DNA from: an uncultured delta proteobacterium
GTDB lineage: Bacteria > Myxococcota_A > Polyangia > Fen-1088
Assembly (NCBI GenBank): GCA_963796685.1
Contig: CAWCMR010000025.1
Span: 896,001-960,000, forward strand
Reading direction: 5' to 3'
Length of the DNA stretch: 64,000 nt
Both the position numbers and the translations under genes were made by a program. The notes beneath the pieces were generated by a model. It was not told where the DNA came from and did not search any database. It was given only the letters and a program-made list of their open reading frames with translations. Below, in pieces: positions 10,091-22,722 of this stretch. The stretch's first letter is position 1, and every line of letters begins with the position of its first letter.

Positions 10091-11359
10091 ATGGGAATCA
10101 GCGGTAGGAAAATTCCGACTCGAATGGGCATCATTTTGGTGCCGTTGTTCTTCACGGCAGCCGCGCGGGCCGATGCGCCCACGCCCCCGGACGCCGCCGC
10201 GGAACCGTCACCGTCCAACGACGAGTGCCTGGGTTGCCACAACAGCGAGGTCGATCGCAGCAAGGGGCGCCCCATTCCGCCGATCGGCGATGCCTTCGCC
10301 GAGTCGATCCACGGTCAGATGAACCTGGCCTGCGTCGACTGCCACGTCGATCTGCAGGGCAAGGATCTTCCCCACCCCGACAAGCTGGCCAGACCGGTCT
10401 GTTCGCAATGTCACGAGGATGCCGTCAAGGCCTACGACGAGAGCGTCCATGCCAGCTCGCGGCGCCAGTCCAGCACCAGCCTGGCCGCGTGGTGCACCGA
10501 CTGCCACGGCGTCCATGACATCCGCAGCTCGACCGATCCGAAATCGAGAACCTACTATTTCAACATCCTCGCCACGTGCAGCCGTTGCCACGCCAACGAA
10601 ACCGTCATCGTCAAGGCGCACATCGGGGCGGGCAACGTCCCGGCCCGCTTCGAGGACAGCATTCATGGGCGGGCCTTGATCAAGAGCGGCCTCGTCGTGG
10701 CGCCCACCTGTGCCACCTGCCACGGCCACCACGACATCCGCCGCGCCTCCGACGAGAAGAGCCGGGTCAACCGCTACAACATCCCCAAGACCTGCGGGTC
10801 CTGCCACGAAGGCATCAAGACCGTCTACGAGACCAGCGTGCACGCCGCGGCCTTGCGCCAGGGCAATCCGCGGTCGGCGGTGTGCAGCGACTGCCACACC
10901 GCCCACGAAACCCAAGAGGTGAGCCCCGCCTGGAAGGTCGGGCTGGTCAAGGAATGCGGCACTTGCCACAAGGAATCCATCCGAACCTTCCGCGACACCT
11001 TCCACGGCAAGGTGACTGCGCTTGGCTTCACGCGCGCCGCAACCTGCTCGGATTGTCACGGCACCCACGCGATCCTGGCCCCAAGCGATCCCCGCTCCAC
11101 GGTTTCCGATGCCCGGCGCCTCCAGACCTGCCGCAAGTGCCATGCCGGAGCCAGCGAGAAGTTTTCGCGTTACGATCCCCACGCCGATGCGCACAGCCGG
11201 AAACGCAACCCGGTGCTGTACTTCATCACCTTGGGGATGAAGCTGCTGCTCATCAGCGTCTTCGCCTTCTTCGGGCTTCACACGATCCTGTGGCTGGGAC
11301 GCTCGCTCGTGCTGGTCCGCAAGCTGCAAGCCGAGGGAAAGATCGATGACGAAAAGTGA
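10091..11359 (+). CDS. Multiheme c-type cytochrome (11 CxxCH) with C-terminal TM helix
   Basis: CLGCH, CVDCH, CSQCH, CTDCH, CSRCH, CATCH, CGSCH, CSDCH, CGTCH, CSDCH, CRKCH; signal peptide. Confidence 0.95.
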   Translation: MGISGRKIPTRMGIILVPLFFTAAARADAPTPPDAAAEPSPSNDECLGCHNSEVDRSKGRPIPPIGDAFAESIHGQMNLACVDCHVDLQGKDLPHPDKLARPVCSQCHEDAVKAYDESVHASSRRQSSTSLAAWCTDCHGVHDIRSSTDPKSRTYYFNILATCSRCHANETVIVKAHIGAGNVPARFEDSIHGRALIKSGLVVAPTCATCHGHHDIRRASDEKSRVNRYNIPKTCGSCHEGIKTVYETSVHAAALRQGNPRSAVCSDCHTAHETQEVSPAWKVGLVKECGTCHKESIRTFRDTFHGKVTALGFTRAATCSDCHGTHAILAPSDPRSTVSDARRLQTCRKCHAGASEKFSRYDPHADAHSRKRNPVLYFITLGMKLLLISVFAFFGLHTILWLGRSLVLVRKLQAEGKIDDEK

Positions 11360-12224
11360 TCCGGGTCCGGCGGACGCGCCCCCGCCGCCAGCAGCGCCCC
11401 CGCCGTCCGCGAGCGCGGGTTTCGTTCTGCGCTTCCACCGCTACGACCGCATGCTGCACGGCTTCTTGATGGCCAGCTTCCTGACCCTCGCGCTGACGGG
11501 CATGCCCCTGCTCTTCCCGCTGGCACCCTGGGCGACATCCTTGGCCAATCTGCTTGGCGGCTACGGTGTGACGGGTGTCCTTCATCGCATCGCGGCCGTC
11601 ACCCTGATGACGGTCTTCACGACCCATCTCGTCCGGCTCGCGCACCGCCTGTTCGTGCGCAAGGACTACGGCATGCTGTGGGGCCCGCGCTCCCTCGTGC
11701 CCCAACCCATCGACTTGATTCAGCTCCTGCAGCATTTCCGCTGGTTCGTCGGCCTCGGGCCGCGCCCGCGTTTCGATCGCTACTCGTATTGGGAGAAATT
11801 CGACTACTGGGCGGTCTTCTGGGGCATGGGGATCATTGGAACTTCGGGGCTCATGTTGTGGTTCCCGGCCTTCTTCGCGCGCTTTGTGCCGGGCGGGGTC
11901 TTCAACATCGCGCTCGTCGTCCACGGCGAAGAGGCGCTCATGGCCATGGTCTTCATCTTCACCGTGCACTTCTTCAACGGCCATCTACGCCCCGACAAGT
12001 TCCCCATGGACATGGTCATCTTCACCGGCCGCGTCTCGGTCGAAGAGCTCAAGCACGAGCGTCCCGCCGAATACGATCGTCTGGTGACCGAGGATGCCTT
12101 GGCGAAGGTGATGACCAGTCCTCCCTCGCGGCGTCTGACCACCGCGGGACGCATCATCGGCACCACCGCCGTGTGCATCGGACTGACGGTCGCCGGCCTC
12201 GCCATCTATGCCTTGTTGCGCTGA
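11346..12224 (+). CDS. Di-heme cytochrome b membrane subunit (FdnI/HydC-like)
   Basis: TM His ligands ('RMLHG', 'LHRIAA', 'VHGEEA', 'VHFFN') and 'FDRYSYWEKFDYWAVFWG'. Confidence 0.88.
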   Translation: MTKSDPGPADAPPPPAAPPPSASAGFVLRFHRYDRMLHGFLMASFLTLALTGMPLLFPLAPWATSLANLLGGYGVTGVLHRIAAVTLMTVFTTHLVRLAHRLFVRKDYGMLWGPRSLVPQPIDLIQLLQHFRWFVGLGPRPRFDRYSYWEKFDYWAVFWGMGIIGTSGLMLWFPAFFARFVPGGVFNIALVVHGEEALMAMVFIFTVHFFNGHLRPDKFPMDMVIFTGRVSVEELKHERPAEYDRLVTEDALAKVMTSPPSRRLTTAGRIIGTTAVCIGLTVAGLAIYALLR

Positions 12225-12270
12225 CTTGCTTGCCAAGGGAACCGCGCGGTCGGCGGCGTCGGGGACACCA

Positions 12271-12651
12271 TCATTCACGCGGCTCATCCGGCTTGTCGGC
12301 GTGGGTCTTGGCCGGCTTCTTCTCACCTTCTTTACCGGCGAAGTAGGCTTCGCCCGGGCGCCACGTCGGCGTCACGACGAAGAGGAGTCCGCGGGCCCCG
12401 CGTCGCGCACCCGATACCATGAGACGGCCGAGGTGTTGGAAGACCAAGGCGAAGCCGATGAACGGCATGAACACCACGAAGAGCCCCCCCAGCATGGGTG
12501 CCAGCAGCAGCATGGCCAGGACGGGAACGCGCAAGTAGCGCTGCCCGTCAACGCCTGGCAGCGTCCCTTCCTTCCCGCTCACCGTGACGAGATCCAGCTT
12601 GTCGCGATTGAAATAGAAACCACCTTTGACCCTTGTTCCTGCAGTCAGCAT
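12271..12651 (-). CDS. Small hypothetical membrane protein
   Basis: 'MLTAGTRVKGGFYFN...VPVLAMLLLAPMLGGLFVVFMPFIGFALVF'; purine-rich RBS-like sequence upstream of the ATG at 12651. Confidence 0.7.
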   Translation of the reverse strand: MLTAGTRVKGGFYFNRDKLDLVTVSGKEGTLPGVDGQRYLRVPVLAMLLLAPMLGGLFVVFMPFIGFALVFQHLGRLMVSGARRGARGLLFVVTPTWRPGEAYFAGKEGEKKPAKTHADKPDEPRE

Positions 12652-12964
12652 GACGAGCTCCTTTCCAGTCCTGAATTCCGTTATTGCGTCCTGAATACAG
12701 GCTAAGCCAGGAAGGCAGGTTCGCCAATGCGGGAGATCCCCGGTTTCCTTGGGGAAAAGTCCGGAGACGACTAGGGAAAACGCCCTAGAGCGGACGCGAA
12801 GGGGGCGTAAAACCGACCCAATCGTGACAAAAGGGACGATGGGCATCCCTTTTTGACCGGAACGACGGTCTTGGGTGCAAATAAGACTACCGTGCCGGCG
12901 GCAAGGCGGGATAATTTCCACCGGCAGTTTTTGTGACGATCCGACGATAAACGGGATGGTTTCG

Positions 12965-14035
12965 ATGTATGTGCGCCCAACCAAGCCGACCTTCGCGCTG
13001 AGTCTCGTCCTGCTCTCGCTGTCCTGGGTCCTGCCCGCGGCCGCCCAGGAAACGGCCGCCGACGCAAACGAGGAATGCCTGACCTGCCACGGCGACGAGA
13101 GCCTGAGCATGACGCTGGAAAGCGGCGAAGAGGCGTCTCTTTTCATGAAGCGCGAGCTTCTCGAGGGTTCGGTGCACAAGAATCTGCGCTGTACGGACTG
13201 TCACGCCGGTCTCGACCAGGTGCCGCACCCCGAGCGCCACTACAAGAACCTGCAGCAATTTCGCACGAGCTTCGGCGAGGCCTGCAAGAACTGCCATTTC
13301 GAGAACTACACCAAGACCTTGGACAGCGTTCACTATCGCTTGCAGGCGCGTGGTGACGTGTTTGCCCCGACCTGCGTGAAGTGCCACGGCTCGCACGACA
13401 TCACCCATCCAGCCCAGCCCCGTTCGCGCATCTCGCAGACCTGCGCCACCTGCCATCGAACCATCTCGGAGGCCTATGCCAAGAGCGTGCACGGTCGGGC
13501 TTTGTTCGAGGAGCAGAACAAGGATGTCCCGGTCTGTACCGACTGCCATCGTTCGCACGACATCACCGGCCCCGAAGACCGCGCCTGGCTCATGAACACA
13601 CCCCTCTTGTGCGGCAAGTGCCACGCCAACGCGAAATTGATGAACAAATACGGACTGTCCACCGCCGTCCTCTCGACCTATCTGTCCGACTTTCACGGCA
13701 CCACAGCCGCCTTCGGGGCCAAGGACGACAAGACGCCTGACGGACCCGTGGTCGCCTTGTGCACGGACTGCCATGGCATTCACGACATCGGCAAGGTCAC
13801 AGGAAAGAGCGCGTCCGCTTTCCGCGCCAACCTGGTCAAGACCTGCCGGAAGTGCCACGCGGGCGCCTCCGCCAACTTTCCCGCCGCGTGGCTCTCGCAC
13901 TACGAGCCATCGCTCAAGCACGCGCCGCTCGTGTACATGGTCAAGCTCTTCTACAAGATCATCATTCCCTTCATCGTGGGAGGACTCTTGCTGCAAATTC
14001 TTCTGCACCTGTGGCGAACCGTGGTGAATCGATGA
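12965..14035 (+). CDS. Multiheme c-type cytochrome (9 CxxCH) with C-terminal TM helix
   Basis: CLTCH, CTDCH, CKNCH, CVKCH, CATCH, CTDCH, CGKCH, CTDCH, CRKCH; signal peptide. Start could be 12956 or 12965. Confidence 0.95.
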   Translation: MYVRPTKPTFALSLVLLSLSWVLPAAAQETAADANEECLTCHGDESLSMTLESGEEASLFMKRELLEGSVHKNLRCTDCHAGLDQVPHPERHYKNLQQFRTSFGEACKNCHFENYTKTLDSVHYRLQARGDVFAPTCVKCHGSHDITHPAQPRSRISQTCATCHRTISEAYAKSVHGRALFEEQNKDVPVCTDCHRSHDITGPEDRAWLMNTPLLCGKCHANAKLMNKYGLSTAVLSTYLSDFHGTTAAFGAKDDKTPDGPVVALCTDCHGIHDIGKVTGKSASAFRANLVKTCRKCHAGASANFPAAWLSHYEPSLKHAPLVYMVKLFYKIIIPFIVGGLLLQILLHLWRTVVNR

Positions 14036-14799
14036 GCCGCAAGGCCGACGACGAGGTCGTCCGCTTCGGGCCGCGTGATCGCATCGAGCACACTATCGTC
14101 CTGGTGCTCTTCTTCGCCCTGGCCCTGACCGGTCTGCCGCAGAAATTCCACGACGCCGCGCTCTCGAAGACCATCGTCCATGCCTTGGGGGGAATCGCGC
14201 AGGTCCGCTACATTCACCGCGCGTCCGGCGTGCTCTTCGCGGTCATGACCCTTGTCCACTTGGTCAGCGTCCTGGCGGCGGTCGTCGCGGGTCGCTCCTC
14301 TCTGTCCATGGTTCCCGGCGTCAAGGACTTTCGCGACGTGGTGACGACCCTGCGCTACTACCTGCGCATTTCCGACGTACGGGCGCAATTCGATCGCTTC
14401 GACTACAAAGAGAAGTTCGAGTACTGGGGCATCCTGTTCGGCGGGCTCATCATGATCACCACGGGCTTCGCCTTGCTCTTTCCGGTCGAGGCCACCCGCT
14501 TCCTTCCCGGCGAGATCATCCCCGCCGCCAAGGTCGCGCACGGCAACGAGGGCCTGATGGCCTTCCTGGTGGTCATCCTCTGGCACATCTACAACGTGGT
14601 CTTCGCGCCCGAGGTCTTCCCCGGCAGCAAGACCATCTTCACCGGCAAGATCTCGCGCGAGCGCATGCGCCACGAGCACCCGCTCGAGTACGCGCGCATG
14701 TTTCCGGAAGAGGCCGACGCGGTGCTCGGTCAAGACCATCCCGCGCAAGAGCACGTGGCGGAGCCGACGCACGAGCCGGCACAGAAAAAGGATGGGTAG
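14032..14799 (+). CDS. Di-heme cytochrome b membrane subunit (FdnI/HydC-like)
   Basis: 'RIEH', 'IHRASG', 'FDRFDYKEKFEYWG', 'AHGNEG', 'WHIYN', 'HEHPLEY'; paralog of 11346-12224. Confidence 0.88.
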   Translation: MSRKADDEVVRFGPRDRIEHTIVLVLFFALALTGLPQKFHDAALSKTIVHALGGIAQVRYIHRASGVLFAVMTLVHLVSVLAAVVAGRSSLSMVPGVKDFRDVVTTLRYYLRISDVRAQFDRFDYKEKFEYWGILFGGLIMITTGFALLFPVEATRFLPGEIIPAAKVAHGNEGLMAFLVVILWHIYNVVFAPEVFPGSKTIFTGKISRERMRHEHPLEYARMFPEEADAVLGQDHPAQEHVAEPTHEPAQKKDG

Positions 14800-15745
14800 C
14801 CGAGCGGCCGAGTGCATCCTCCACGGCATCGTGGCCGCCCTCGTGGTCGCGGTGCTCCTGCGCACGCAGCGTATCCGCGCGCCCGACACCCGCCTTCGTT
14901 ACTGGTGGCTCGCCGCCGGTCTCCCGGCGATCGCGACCCCGCTTTTCTGGTGGCTCGCGCCCTGGCGCCACGGAGAGCGCTTTCGCGATGCGTGGTCGCT
15001 GTTTTCGGCCAGCCACCTTTCGCCATGGACCTTCCATGGCGTGGCCCTGACCAGCGCCGTCGGCCTGGTGCTGGGGCTGGCCGGTACGGCGCTCTTTCTG
15101 CGCGACGCGATCCCCTTCGGCCTGGATCTGGTACGCGGTCGAGCGACGACCCGCGAGGGCATCGCCCCCCCCTCGCTCTTGGTCGACGCCGCGAATCGCA
15201 CGGCCGCCGCCCTGGGCATCGCCGTTCCCGGGCTGACGGTGCTGCCTTCGCAGCAGCCCCTCCTGATGTGCCGAGGCTTGCGCAGGCCGGTCATCGTCGT
15301 ATCCGTCGGACTCTGCCAGGGCCTCGCGCCCGAGGAGCTCGAGGCATCCATCGCGCACGAGATGGCACACGCGAAGCACCACGATCCCGTGCTTGGCTGG
15401 GGCCTCATGGCCATACGCGGGCTGTGCTTCTTCAATCCGGCCGTGCAACTGGCCGCGCGAGCCGCCGCCCTGGAGATCGAGCGCAGGGCCGACCTTTCCG
15501 CGGCCCGCATCGCGGCCAGCGCGGACGCCGTCGTGCGAAGCCTGCGCAAGCTGACCGGCATCGACGGGGCTCGCCCACTGCCAACCGAGGCGCGCACCTG
15601 GCGAAGGTATCGTCTGGCGGCCATCGAAGCGCGCTGCCAGGCGCTGCTCCACGCGGAGCGAGCGCCCAGCGACACGCAGCCGGCCTGGATCCTTCCAGCC
15701 ACGGCCATCGGGCTCGGTGTCATACTCTTTCTGACCGTCGCGTGA
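14792..15745 (+). CDS. M56/M48-type membrane zinc metallopeptidase (BlaR1-like)
   Basis: TM segments, 'IAHEMAHAKHHD', 'FFNP', 'EIERRAD'. Confidence 0.85.
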   Translation: MGSRAAECILHGIVAALVVAVLLRTQRIRAPDTRLRYWWLAAGLPAIATPLFWWLAPWRHGERFRDAWSLFSASHLSPWTFHGVALTSAVGLVLGLAGTALFLRDAIPFGLDLVRGRATTREGIAPPSLLVDAANRTAAALGIAVPGLTVLPSQQPLLMCRGLRRPVIVVSVGLCQGLAPEELEASIAHEMAHAKHHDPVLGWGLMAIRGLCFFNPAVQLAARAAALEIERRADLSAARIAASADAVVRSLRKLTGIDGARPLPTEARTWRRYRLAAIEARCQALLHAERAPSDTQPAWILPATAIGLGVILFLTVA

Positions 15746-15751
15746 GCACCC

Positions 15752-16315
15752 ATGGCGCCTCCTCTTCCCCAGAAACCATCGTCCAAGAAGACCACGCGCG
15801 CAGCCTTGACGACCTTGGCGGTGCTCGCGGGGACGGCGCTTGCCCTGCGGGCCGGGGACGCGGCGGCGACGTGGATCGCCGGCGTACCACGCGGGGTCCA
15901 TCTGTGCGCCAGCGTGCACGAGGCCGAGACACGCACCGGACTCGACGTGCGCGCCGTTCGCCGCATTCTCGGCGGCTACCCGATCGCCGCAGACGGCATC
16001 CGTGTCACGGCAAGGCCCGTCCCGGCGCTCGCGATCGCCATGCACGGTGATGAAGGTGCGAACGATCTCACGCTTTTCCGCAGCCGTGGCGCCATTCCGG
16101 CCACGTTGCGCGCGCCCCTGGGGGCGTTTCACGAGATCACGGTTCCCCTCGCGCCCGGCCGCGCGGGTTTGCTCAAGGCCGAAAGGCAATCCGACGGCTC
16201 GGTCTGGCAGGACTTGGAGTGGTCCGATGACACGGGGAGGACCGCCCTGCGGTTCGACGGCCACACCGTGGAGTTGCTCCGGGTGGCGCGACTTCTCGCC
16301 GAGGATGGGCGATGA
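15752..16315 (+). CDS. Hypothetical membrane-anchored protein
   Basis: N-terminal hydrophobic segment; its stop overlaps the next start (ATGA). Confidence 0.6.
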   Translation: MAPPLPQKPSSKKTTRAALTTLAVLAGTALALRAGDAAATWIAGVPRGVHLCASVHEAETRTGLDVRAVRRILGGYPIAADGIRVTARPVPALAIAMHGDEGANDLTLFRSRGAIPATLRAPLGAFHEITVPLAPGRAGLLKAERQSDGSVWQDLEWSDDTGRTALRFDGHTVELLRVARLLAEDGR

Positions 16316-18027
16316 TTTCGAGAAAGGATCGCGCCCACAGCATTCGCCGCCGCGTGGCCTTGCTCGTGGGTGTCGGCGTGCTCGCACCCACGCTGCTTGC
16401 GCTGTGGACCCTGCATTCGGCCTTCGAAGAAGCTTCGCAACACCTCGTCGCGCAATATCAGGTCTTGGCCCGCAGTCTGGCCCTGCACTTCGATTACGAG
16501 CTGCGCGATCGCCTGGCCAGTCTCTCGGCGGCGACCGGCACACCCGAGGATTGGCTGACCGGCAATGCCCAACGCTCGCTGCACACCGCCCTTTTGCGTT
16601 CGTCCGTGCTCGATGCCATCGTGGTCGTCGGCAAGGAGCCGGACGGCGGCAAGAAGGTGTTGTGGCAGGAGCTGCGCCACCAGGGGCTGGCCCGCGCCAC
16701 GTTGCTGGCCCTGCCCGAGCTGGACGCGACGCTCGCTCTCGGCCGCGAAAGCGTCGCACACCTTCTCGAGCCGCAGCGAAGCCGACTGGTGTTCCTCGTC
16801 CCCGTGCGCGACTGGAACGGACAGGTGACCAGCGCGGTGTGCGCGGTGGCCAACCCGTCTTCGCCGACATGGCAGGCCATGCTCAGGCAGGGCGCGATCG
16901 GCAGTGGCAGCGCGAGTCTCGTGGACGACCAGGGGCGCGTGGTAGCCAGCGTCGGCCCGGCCGCGCCGCCGCAGGGCAAGGAAGACTTCACCGCCACGGG
17001 TACCTTGTCCGTCGCCCCCTGGCAGATTGTCCTGCGTCAGGTTCGCGACGAGGCGCTCGGCCCCTTCTTGGTTCAGCGCAGCCGCGTCCTGGTCCTCTCG
17101 CCGCTTCTGCTGGTGCTGGCCCTGCTCTTCTCGTGGGGCGCCACCCACAGCGTGACCGAGCCGCTCAAAGCCCTCAACGTGGCCGCGGGACGCATCGCCG
17201 AGGGCAACCTCGAAACCGCCGTGCCCGCGCAGGCCGACGACGAGGTCGGCCAGCTCGGCCAATCGCTGGAGGCGATGCGCGTGGCGCTCAAGAAGTCGCT
17301 CGACGACCTCACCGCGAGCCACGATGTCCTCGAACAGCGCGTGCAAGCGCGCACGCAAGAGCTGCGGCAGCTCCTCACCAAGATCGTCTCGGTCCAGGAG
17401 GACGAGCGCCGGCGAATCGCGCGCGAGCTGCACGACGAGACCTGCCAGACCCTGGCCGCGCTCGGCATGAAGCTCGACGCCGCCCTCTCGGCGCCCACGC
17501 CGGAAATCGTGCGCGAACGTCTGACCGAGGCGCGAGCCTTCGCGGGACGGACCTTGGCCGACATCCATGCCCTCATCTACGAGCTGCGTCCGTCGGTGCT
17601 CGACGACCTCGGCCTGTATCCGGCCATTCGCTGGCTGGCCGAGCACAACCTCGCCCCGGCGGGCATCGCCTACCGCTGCGAAGTGGCGCTGCCCGATCGC
17701 ACCCTCAGCTCGGAGCGCGAGACCACCTTGTTCCGGGCCGTCCAGGAAGCCGTCCGCAACGTGGCCCGCCACTCCGGAGCCACCCAGGTGCTCATCCAGG
17801 TCGAGGAGCAAAAGAACGATCTGCTGGTCGAGATCGAGGACGACGGCCATGGTTTCGATCCCGCGAGCGTGGCGGTGCCCGGACCGTCGGGGCGAGGTCT
17901 GGGGCTGCTCGGCATGCGCGAACGCCTGTCCATGGTGGGCGGGACGGTGGAGGTGATCTCGTCGGCCGACGCCGGCACGCGTGTCATCCTGCGCGTGCCC
18001 TTCGAGGAGGAAAATCACCATGGCTAA
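16312..18027 (+). CDS. HAMP + HisKA_3 sensor histidine kinase
   Basis: 'QEDERRRIARELHDETCQ', 'QEAVRNVARHS', 'DDGHGF', 'GLGLLGMRER'. Confidence 0.93.
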   Translation: MISRKDRAHSIRRRVALLVGVGVLAPTLLALWTLHSAFEEASQHLVAQYQVLARSLALHFDYELRDRLASLSAATGTPEDWLTGNAQRSLHTALLRSSVLDAIVVVGKEPDGGKKVLWQELRHQGLARATLLALPELDATLALGRESVAHLLEPQRSRLVFLVPVRDWNGQVTSAVCAVANPSSPTWQAMLRQGAIGSGSASLVDDQGRVVASVGPAAPPQGKEDFTATGTLSVAPWQIVLRQVRDEALGPFLVQRSRVLVLSPLLLVLALLFSWGATHSVTEPLKALNVAAGRIAEGNLETAVPAQADDEVGQLGQSLEAMRVALKKSLDDLTASHDVLEQRVQARTQELRQLLTKIVSVQEDERRRIARELHDETCQTLAALGMKLDAALSAPTPEIVRERLTEARAFAGRTLADIHALIYELRPSVLDDLGLYPAIRWLAEHNLAPAGIAYRCEVALPDRTLSSERETTLFRAVQEAVRNVARHSGATQVLIQVEEQKNDLLVEIEDDGHGFDPASVAVPGPSGRGLGLLGMRERLSMVGGTVEVISSADAGTRVILRVPFEEENHHG

Positions 18028-18673
18028 GATCCGCATTCTCATCGCCGACGATCACGCCCTGGTTCGCGAAGGGATCCGCGCCCTGCTCTCCCTGTGCGAC
18101 GATCTCGAGGTCGTGGGCGAGGCCGCCGACGGCAGCGAAGCCATCGCGGCGGCGCAGAAGCTCGACCCGGACGTGGTCTTGATGGACATCAACATGCCCG
18201 GCCTGGGCGGCCTGGAAGCGACGCCCGCGATAAGGCGCAACAATCCGCGCGCGAAGATCCTGGTGCTGACCCAGTACGACGACCGCGAATACGTGACCCG
18301 CTTCCTCAAGAACGGCGCCTCGGGCTACGTGCTCAAACGGGCGGCGGGCTCGGAGCTGGCCTCCGCAGTGCGCGCGGTCCACCGCGGCGGCCTGGTGCTC
18401 GATCCATCGCTGGCGCGCGAGGCCCTCATGCCCGCAACCCAACCTGCCGGCCGCGGCGAAGGGGAAGAGCGCTATCTCAGTCTCACTGACCGCGAGAAAC
18501 AGGTACTGAAGCTCGTCGCCGAGGGCAATTCCAACAAGGAAGTGGCCCAGCTCCTCGGCATCAGCGTCAAGACCGCCATGTCCCACCGCGAACGGGTGAT
18601 GCAAAAGCTCGACATCCACAACCGCACCGAGCTCGTGAAATTCGCGCTCAGGCAAGGTGTGATCAAGCTGTAA
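18020..18673 (+). CDS. NarL/LuxR-family response regulator
   Basis: REC domain 'IADDH...LMDINMP' and HTH 'LTDREKQVLKLVAEGNSNKEVA'. Confidence 0.95.
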   Translation: MAKIRILIADDHALVREGIRALLSLCDDLEVVGEAADGSEAIAAAQKLDPDVVLMDINMPGLGGLEATPAIRRNNPRAKILVLTQYDDREYVTRFLKNGASGYVLKRAAGSELASAVRAVHRGGLVLDPSLAREALMPATQPAGRGEGEERYLSLTDREKQVLKLVAEGNSNKEVAQLLGISVKTAMSHRERVMQKLDIHNRTELVKFALRQGVIKL

Positions 18674-18754
18674 GGGGAGAGCCAATCAAAGCCGCGACGG
18701 CTCGCCTCCCGCTTGCAGGTGCACGGAAGCCGGTTTCACGCTACGGTGATCGTG

Positions 18755-21894
<3,140 letters not shown>

Positions 21895-21906
21895 GAGTTT
21901 TGTGAC

Positions 21907-22722
21907 GTGCAGAGTGACTTCGACATCGAGCTGCGGTTGCTGATGGAGGCCATCTATGCCAGGTACCAGCATGACTTCCGCCATTACTCGATGGCGTCGC
22001 TCAAACGCCGACTCGGGCAGGCCATTGCGCACTTCGGGGTGCGAACACTCTCGGGGCTTCAGGAGCGGGTTTTGCGGGAGCCCGAGGTCTTTCGCGACTT
22101 GCTTCCCTACCTCACGGTCCAGGTGAGCGAGATGTTCCGGGACCCGGCGTTTTTCCGCACGCTGCGTGCGCAGCTCATTCCGACGCTGCAGACGTATCCC
22201 TCGGTAAAGGTCTGGGTGGCCGGGTGCAGTACGGGCGAGGAGGTGTACTCGCTCGCCATCGTCTTCCGGGAAGAGGGGCTGCTCGACAAGACCCTCATCT
22301 ACGCCACCGACATCAATGCCACCGCGCTCGAAGCCGCCGAGCTGGGCATCTACCCGCAAGACCGCATCGCGGGCTTCAGCAAGGCGTACCACGCGGCGGG
22401 TGGCAAGGGCTCGCTGTCCGACTACTACACGCTCGCGTACGGCTCGGCGAAGTTCGACAAGACGCTCGCACGCGAGGTCCTCTTCTCGGACCACAGCCTC
22501 GCGACCGACAACGTCTTCAGCGAGGTGCAGCTCGTGACCTGTCGCAACGTGCTCATCTACTTCGACCCGGAGCTGCAGGACCGTGCCGTCGGCCTCTTCA
22601 AGGATTCCCTCACGCGCAAGGGCTTCCTCGGGCTGGGGGCGAAGGAAACCCTACGATTCACCACGCATGCGGGTGCTTTCACCGAGCTTGTGCGCGGGCA
22701 AAGGATCTACCAGAAGCAATGA
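21907..22722 (+). CDS. cheR: CheR-type protein-glutamate O-methyltransferase
   Basis: 'VSEMFRDP', 'WVAGCSTGEEVYS', 'ATDIN', 'CRNVLIYF'. Confidence 0.93.
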   Translation: MQSDFDIELRLLMEAIYARYQHDFRHYSMASLKRRLGQAIAHFGVRTLSGLQERVLREPEVFRDLLPYLTVQVSEMFRDPAFFRTLRAQLIPTLQTYPSVKVWVAGCSTGEEVYSLAIVFREEGLLDKTLIYATDINATALEAAELGIYPQDRIAGFSKAYHAAGGKGSLSDYYTLAYGSAKFDKTLAREVLFSDHSLATDNVFSEVQLVTCRNVLIYFDPELQDRAVGLFKDSLTRKGFLGLGAKETLRFTTHAGAFTELVRGQRIYQKQ

